DNA of 64,000 nt from Octopus sinensis. Its lineage: Eukaryota. Location: the NCBI RefSeq assembly GCF_006345805.1, contig NC_042997.1, positions 149,172,001 through 149,236,000 on the forward strand, given 5' to 3'. The notes beneath the pieces were generated by a model. The model did not search any database and was not told the origin of the DNA. It saw only the letters and a program-made list of their open reading frames with translations. The position numbers and the translations under genes are program-made. This document shows, piece by piece, positions 56,182 to 64,000 of this stretch. How positions within the stretch are numbered: position 1 is the first letter of the stretch; each line of letters begins with the position of its first letter.

Positions 56182-57564
56182 CTTCTTTGACTGACATGAA
56201 TTTTCATACAAGTATTTTTGCCGATAATCTATTCCAGTTTATTTCTGCATCTGGCGCCTCTGAGGATCAAAAACATTATTTTAATATTATACCGACTCAG
56301 AAAATATTTCCACTATCCATGCACCTGAAAATTTACATGTCCAAGAAAGCACAGATATGTATTTGTCCCTTTGAATTAAAAAAATACACCTCTATATATT
56401 CCTATATGTTGCATTCCTATGCTACTTAAATTCTCAGTGCGTGCAGTAATCTTGTGCGCTTTTATAGGGCACAGAGTAAAAATGTCAATGTCTCTCGCTC
56501 ACATGCCATGGCTTCTCCATGAGCAAATAATAAGAGAGTGAAATGAGAAACGTTAATAAATATTTTAAGGGAAAACGTAAGTTTATGCCACTTTTACTCG
56601 ATTAAATGAGTGTGCATGTTGGCACTTGACAACCCAACAAGCTGAACTATTTGGCATATCGGTTGGTTAAAAGTGCTGACATATATGTGATCTACTAGGT
56701 CATTGTACATATGATTTTTTAAAGCCAAGTTCCAATTACCTGATCCAGATGAGGGGTTAGGCATACCCCACGATTGTGAAGGTCATATCGTAGATAAATT
56801 TAGAAGGGCAAATGTATTTGTCAGGATGACAATTTCTTACGTTCATTTCTTCTGGCACATATTCACGGGTACCCGTGTATTTGAGGAATATGTTAACTGT
56901 ATATTATGTTCTTGCCACAAACTCAACAAGTCTGATATGATGGAAAAGATCATACTCTCTCAGAATACTAGTAATTTCTCAATACAATCTTCTATTAGCG
57001 TCTGATATGTCTTAGTTAAGCTCATGTTAATTAAAAATTACGTAAAACGATTTAATGCATGCAATTCAGTAAGGTTTAATTAGATCCTCATCTTATAAAT
57101 TTACTGTCCGCTACTATATTGTCGTCGCATAATCATTTCAGTTTGTAGAGAAAGCCTTTCAATTAGGTTCTACTATCTTCATGTGGCGCCATTGAACCAC
57201 CGAAAGTTCTTATTCTCAATAATATTAGATTAATTTAAAACAAATGAGATTATCGAAACACAAATCCTTCTGATTATCAAGCGATATAAATAACCCTCAA
57301 ATAAGTTAGTTCTAGAAGTAACGCACGAACACACAGTCACACACACATACACAAACACACAAACACGCTTACACTCCCCCATATATATATACATATGTGT
57401 GTGTATGCAAATTCAAGGAAACGGATAAAATGCAGACTACATATATTTCTTAACTAGCTGATCTTCTGACGTAATAGTTACTCAACGAATGGTGATCAAC
57501 GTAGTTAATCATTAGGTCGAGATGAGTACACTCCACTCTAAAATGTGAATTTAAATGACATGTT

Positions 57565-57814
57565 TTGTCATGCAAACTTTATCATGTGAAGGTAGTACAA
57601 AAAGTGGTCAAAAGGCTTGAGGAAAAACAGAGCTTCGCATTGACCATGACCGAGGCTTACGCAATGTTGCAGAAAGCGTATGGGGAAGAGTGTATGAACC
57701 GCCAAAAAGTGTACGAGTGGTTTAGACATTTGCAAGATGGCCGAAATAAGTCAATATTGACGAACATTCTGGGAAAACCGCAACCAGTTGAACTGAGAAA
57801 AATATCGGAGACAC
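57565..57814 (+). mobile_element. Mariner transposase N-terminal (HTH) fragment, copy 1
   Basis: EAYAMLQKAYGEECMNRQKVYEWFRHLQDGR is a typical mariner HTH. Confidence 0.8.
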
Positions 57815-58137
57815 TTTTTGTGTTTTACCGTGTATTAATTTTGTTTTCCATTAATAAAATTAATCTAGATTTACAGTCCACTCAATACAAATTTGTTGAG
57901 TGGACTATGTACCTAAAATGATGTCAGACGTAGTACATTATAATAATTCCTTGATATTAATATGTGGGTACCGGCGGATAAACACGTCATAATATATTCT
58001 TAGAGCTGTAACAGCACTCTATAAATTGTATGTATATTCAACAAATCCACCCATCCAAATTCAAACACACAAATAATTTCTAACAGGTATTTTGTTTAAA
58101 AATAATAATCCATCCATCCATCCATCCATCCATCCAT

Positions 58138-58170
<33 letters not shown>

Positions 58171-58537
58171 TGATCATCTGACGTAATAGTTACTCAACGA
58201 ATGGTGCTCAACTTAGTTAATCATTAGGCCGAGATGAGTACACCCCATTCAATAACTATTGAATCAGAGGATCAGCTAGCTAATAAACAAATGTAGCCTG
58301 CATTTTACTCGTTCCACTCCCACTGTTTGGAATTTTATTAGCATTTTTAGCAACCCTAGTTAATAACCGTGAGCTGTAAACAACTATCATATTATTGAAT
58401 TTCCTCGTATGGAAAAAAGTATGTAACGTTCCTAGGCAATAAATGTTTATTATTCCTCATCGTACACTGTTCAATTTTCTGTTCTCTATACCTGCTATGA
58501 AGTGTTTGAAGTTTTCAAACTTTCTAGATACTTATAT

Positions 58538-58554
58538 ATGTATATGTATGTCTG

Positions 58555-58650
<96 letters not shown>

Positions 58651-58652
58651 CC

Positions 58653-58683
<31 letters not shown>

Positions 58684-58702
58684 CTATCTATCTATCTATC
58701 TA

Positions 58703-58751
<49 letters not shown>

Positions 58752-58784
58752 ATATATATATATATATATATATTTATCTATCTG

Positions 58785-58827
<43 letters not shown>

Positions 58828-58920
58828 GTATATCTGTCTATCTATCTATCTGTATATCTGTCTATCTATCTGTATATCTACCTATCTATCTACTTATCTA
58901 TCTATATATCTATCTCTATA
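58538..58920. repeat. (TCTA)n microsatellite block
   Basis: Direct reading of the sequence. Confidence 0.9.
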
Positions 58921-58957
58921 CATATATGTATATACATCTGTACATACATATAAAACT

Positions 58958-59016
58958 GGTGCTCCAGCATGGCCACAGTCACATGACTGAAACAAATAAA
59001 AGAGTATAAAAGAGTA
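58958..59016 (+). mobile_element. SINE 3' tail remnant
   Basis: GGTGCTCCAGCATGGCCACAGTCACATGACTGAAACAAATAAAAGAGTATAAAAGAG. Confidence 0.8.
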
Positions 59017-59936
59017 TATATATATGTGTGTGTGTGTGTACATACGCGTGCATTTGTGTGTATAGGTGGTGGGTGCATGTGTTTTGGTGGTAGGTGCGTT
59101 TGTGTATTTCACAAATTATATATACATTAAAACCATATATATTGTTACTGTTATGTAATATCTTCACCCCCAGTATTGTTTACTTTTCGTTGGAAAAAGT
59201 TGATTCTTAATGTTTTACAAAGAATAACTTATAAATTATTGCCAATAATGTAAAAGCTATATCCTGAAGTACGTTCATTAAACAGATTATAATCCTTCAA
59301 AGGCATATTCAGTTTATAATCAGAATCACATACTGAGAATCAAAGTAAATTTTATGCTTAACGTTAAGTTTCCAGGGTGAGGGTGTATGTCAACAGAATA
59401 TCTTTTTGGGACTAAAGTTACAGAAAAGGGAATAAATGACAACAAAAAGGAGCAAATGATAGTTTTATTTCGTTCGGCACAAAACTTTAAACTTGAATGT
59501 TTAAATCATATGAAGTATTAAAATGAATCGTCTAGAAAATTTTTCAATATAAATCGTTACATGGTTAGCACACTTTTGTCGTTTCAGCAATATAAACTTT
59601 CTATATTTTTTTTATATCGATATATATTATATATTATATATACTCTGCGTGATATACATTTAAGTAATATACACTCTATTGTCACGTCTGGAGAGTTATT
59701 GTTATATGATTTGAGAGTGCGTTATTGTAAAGAAAGTAATATTTTCAGGAGTAAAGATGAAAATATATTTCTTACCAATAGTATATCTATTGTGTTCAAA
59801 ATAATGAATTTACACAGGTTTACTGCCATTTATATTCAACAAATTGACATCAACTGTATTCCTCAATTCTCGGGTACAGCCGGGAATTTTTCTAATAATA
59901 CAATGCTGCATTCATATGAATTTACACCCACAAACA

Positions 59937-60039
<103 letters not shown>

Positions 60040-60639
60040 GAAATTTATAGAAGAATATTAGACGAAAGAGCTATACGAACAACAAACAAGTGTAATGGTT
60101 TGACGCTCGGGTAAAATGAAAAATTATTTTACGTTTCGAGACTATGCTCTTCAGCAGAAATGAATCAGATGAAATAAACAGAAAGAGAATAAGAATAAAC
60201 GTGTAGAGATCAGCGGTGTAGGATGGCAAATATTTGGAAAAAAGGAAAGGTTGCAAGAAAGGCAGGTAATAATAAAACAAGATAGTGAATGAAAGGGCGA
60301 TAATATATGTTTTTGCAGTCATTTTCGATCATTTGTCATTTAATTTGATTATGGAGTCATTGAAAGGCGCAAAAATTAGCGCCATGAAGTGAGTCATTCA
60401 AATTCCTTTCTCAATCATTCAATTTCGGGCTTCAGTCAAGGAATTTAACATTTACATCACCCGAATTAAAATGCCCGTCAACAGCATTCAAATTAATCGG
60501 AATGCGAGGAAGCGTCAGTTCGAGCATTCAAATTCGCATGTGTGTATTCGAGTTTATAATAATTTATTCATTTTCTTATGACTAATCTTAAATGTGTGTT
60601 TTTACTCGCATTCTAAAAAATGAATCTAAATGACATGTT

Positions 60640-61050
60640 TTGTCATGCAAACTTTATTATGTGAAGGTAGTACAAAAAATGGACAAAAGGCTTGAGGAAA
60701 AACAGAGCTTCGCATTGACCATGACCGAGAAATTTCTCAACGCGATACCTGCTCAGAGGCTTACGCAATGTTGCCGAAAGTGTATGGAGAGGAGTGTATG
60801 AACCGCCAAAAAGTGTACGAGTGGGTTAGACATTTGCAAGATGGCCGAAGTATGTCAATATTAACGAACATTCTGGGAGAACCGCAACCAGTTGAACTGA
60901 GAAAAATATCGGAGACACGTGTGAAGCCGTGAGGGGAAATCGTCAAATCACCATCCGTGTGTTATCAGAAGATGTGAAGATTAGTTAGTATTCAGTTCAA
61001 TCGATTATCACTGAACAATTGAGTATGAGACGCGCGTCTGCCAAGTACAT
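60640..61050 (+). mobile_element. Mariner transposase fragment, copy 2 (longer, ancestral)
   Basis: Same HTH, continuing to RQITIRVLSEDVKIS...SIITEQLSMRRASAKY. Confidence 0.8.
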
Positions 61051-61510
61051 ACCACATTCTAGTTTCAGCTGATCAAAATAATTCAGTGCATTTAATTCAA
61101 CATTGCTTTATTTCTTAATTTGTGGAAGTAAACTGGAAAGACACAACAATAATATCACAAAAATGACAACAGGGATCTCAGAAGTTCTTAATATTTAGTA
61201 CAGTTTTCTTAACTGTGCTTTACTTTTTGTGTTTTGCCGTGTATTAATTTTGCTTTCCGTTAATAAAATTAATCTAGATTTACAGTCCACTCAATACAAA
61301 TTTGTTGAGTGGACTAGGTACCTAAAATGATGTCAGATGTAGTACATTATAATAATTCCTTGATATGAATATATGGGTACCGGTGGATAAATAATGTCTG
61401 AAGATATATTCTTAGAGCTGTAACAGCACTCTATATACTGTATATACACTCAACAAATCCCCATCCATCCAGCCAGCAAGCGAGCAAGCCAGCCATCCAT
61501 CTGTCTAACT

Positions 61511-62514
61511 ACTCAACAAATGCAGCAGTTATTCTATGCAAGAGTTCTTAATTTGCATACCGAAAATGTTTAACAATTTATAAACTGTTTAAATACTCAA
61601 CAAATGCAGCAGTTATTCTACGAAGGAGTCCCTAATTTGCATACCGAAATTTTTAGCCCCTCTATAAACTGTTTAAATACTCAACAAATGCAGAAGTTAT
61701 TCCATGAAGGAGTCCCTAATTTGCAAAACGAAATTTTTAACACTCTATAAACTGTATATATACTCAAGAAATGCAGCAGTTATTCTATGCAGGAATTCCA
61801 TAATTTGCTTACCGAAAATTTTTAACACTCTATAAACTGTATATATACTCAACAAATGCAGTAGTTAATCTACGAAGGAGTACCTTATTTGCATACCGAA
61901 TAATTTTAACCCCTCTATAAATTGTGTAAGTACTCAACCAATGCAGCAGTAATTCTATGACGGAGTCCCTAATTTGCATACCGAAAAATTTTAACACTCT
62001 ATAAACTGTATATTTATTCAACAAATACAGCAATTCTTCTACGAAGGAATCCCTAATTTACATACCGAAAATTTTAACCCCTCTATAAACCGTTTAAATA
62101 CTCAACAAATGCAGCGGTTATTCTATGAAGGAGTACCAAATTTGCATACCAAAAATGTTTAACACTCTTTAAACTCTATATATACTCAACAAATGCAGCA
62201 GTCATTCTGCTAAGGAATCCCTGATTTGCATATCGAAAATGTTTAGCCACTCTAAAAGCTGTTTAAATACTCAACAAATGCAGCGGTTATTCTATGAAGG
62301 AGTCCCTAATTTGCCTACCGAATATGTTTACCACTCTATAAACGGTATATATACTCAACAAATACAGCAGTTATTCTATGAAGGAGACTTTAATTTGGAT
62401 ACCAAAAAATTTTTAACACTCTAAAAACTGTATATATACTAAACAAATGCAGCAGTTATTCTATGAAGGAGTCCCTAATTTGCATACCGAAATTTTTTAA
62501 TCTCTCTATAAACT
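61511..62514. repeat. Tandem array of 12 diverged units of about 84 bp
   Basis: ACTCAACAAATGCAGCAG... units start at 61511, 61595, 61679, 61762, 61847, 61932, 62016, 62100, 62184, 62269, 62353 and 62438. Confidence 0.95.
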
Positions 62515-63158
62515 GAGGGCGAGTTGATCATTGATTATTCAGCTACATGTTTCAAAACCATTATAGTTATGATCGTTATTTTCTTTTGCATATATCCTTC
62601 ATTTTATTATGCAATGTAACGTTCTGTTTTTCAAGTACATAGATTGCAACTTGATTCTGATACGGCTGGATATCCAGCAGACTCTTTGAGTTCAAATATA
62701 AATTCAGATATAAAGCTCCCTATTTGAAGTGTATTTTATAGCCACCGAAATTGTTGCTTTGTGGCTACTGGAGTTTAATTTTTGCCGCTGCTGTAAAATT
62801 ATTAGGTGTGCTTTCATTGTTTAATACAGTCAGAGAGTTTATGGAATACATTTCAGCTACGATCAAACAATTCATATCTCCGATGTCAATGCAATACATA
62901 TTTACGTAACTGGGTGGTATTTGTAGCATTTCTGCCTTTCATGTAGAGGGTCTTCAGTTGAATGTTTCACATATGATAATTTATTGTGTTGTCAAGAAGA
63001 ATTTAGTTCATGCAATGCATATTATTCGGTTTCGGTATTAACAGCGCTCGGGTATCATTTTTTTTTTGTCTGGTGAAATTGTTTATGATTTTATGTAGAA
63101 CTTCATGAAGATGCTTCACACACACGCACGCGCATATATGTATAATGTATTAGTATAT

Positions 63159-63204
<46 letters not shown>

Positions 63205-64000
63205 ATAATATGTGTGTGTGTGTGTGGTGTGTGTGTGTCTGTGTGTGTAAATATCTGCATATATATATACAAACACACACTCATAAAAAACGTTCCTTAT
63301 TGTATCATTTTATTATGAAAAATTCATCAAAAAATTTCTCTGTCATTTATATACATATGTGTTCCAAAAGGAATAACAGTGTAGACAAGCACAACTATAT
63401 AAAAGTACTTGACATGAAACTCATATGATTTCGGCAATAAAAAAATGATGTAATAAAGTTGTACTATACTATGTAAATATGACAATAGCAACGATTGTAT
63501 TATAATGAATAATGGCTACACCAGAAAGAACTGTAAAGGACTAATAGGAAAGTACGAAAAAAATTAGTATAGGATGTAAAACACGAGCACAGTTATGTTG
63601 TACAAACAGACAAACAGACACACGCACACACACATACACACACACACGTATACACACATGCACACACACAGACATATATCATGTGTCTGTTTGTGTGTGC
63701 ATTTAGTCATGTATACATTTTTGTATATATGAATGTATGAGTTTGTAAGAAAATTTACATATATGTATATTCATAGAATTTTAACGCCGAAAATAACTAT
63801 AAAATAAAAATCCAACAGGAGCATTGTCATACATCCGACCATATATGAAAAAGGAAAACGAAAACGAAACTTTGCACGACAGAAATAAAAACAAAGCATG
63901 CTACAGTGTTTAGGATATAACTTCTTAAACTCTACATAGATGATTAGAATATAGAAATAATAATTTCTACTCTATTTGGGGGAGGGGAGCCAGTCGATTA

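Noticed and set aside
57456-58167. Deleted duplicate interpreted as a processed (spliced) retrocopy
   Set aside because: The missing segments do not have GT...AG ends and are bounded by microhomologies, and there is no poly(A) tail or TSD.
61511-62514. 84-bp period equals the 28-aa C2H2 zinc-finger period, and octopus has expanded C2H2 genes
   Set aside because: The frames examined give no C-x2-C...H-x3-H pattern or TGEKP linker, and the consensus has stops.
61511-62514. CRISPR-like regular array
   Set aside because: There are no unique spacers, the whole unit repeats, the context is eukaryotic and no cas genes are present.

Overview
AT-rich eukaryotic genomic DNA dense in microsatellites. 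It is most likely an octopus or other cephalopod, inferred from the tRNA-derived SINE families; no search was run. Most ORFs in the supplied track are translations of (TA)n, (TCTA)n and (TG)n tracts. Supported content: (i) a chain of short, largely phase-compatible putative exons of an unidentified + strand host gene from about 2.2 kb to about 56.2 kb; (ii) a nearly intact, 5'-truncated CR1/L2-group LINE at 15.8-18.6 kb, two further LINE 3' ends, and SINEs sharing a 3' stem-loop with it; (iii) decayed pogo and mariner DNA transposons; (iv) the main signal, a 5.8-kb Penelope-like retroelement complex at 48.9-54.7 kb. That complex has a YRDD reverse transcriptase, a C-terminal GIY-YIG endonuclease, an unusually long Cys-poor linker, 195-bp direct pseudo-LTRs, a roughly 2-kb inverted partial copy, and a type I hammerhead ribozyme motif with a palindromic helix III in each arm. 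Local rearrangements include a double palindrome around (TA)n tracts (9.0-10.0 kb), a tandem duplication with three microhomology-bounded deletions (57.5-61.5 kb) and a 12-copy 84-bp array (61.5-62.5 kb).
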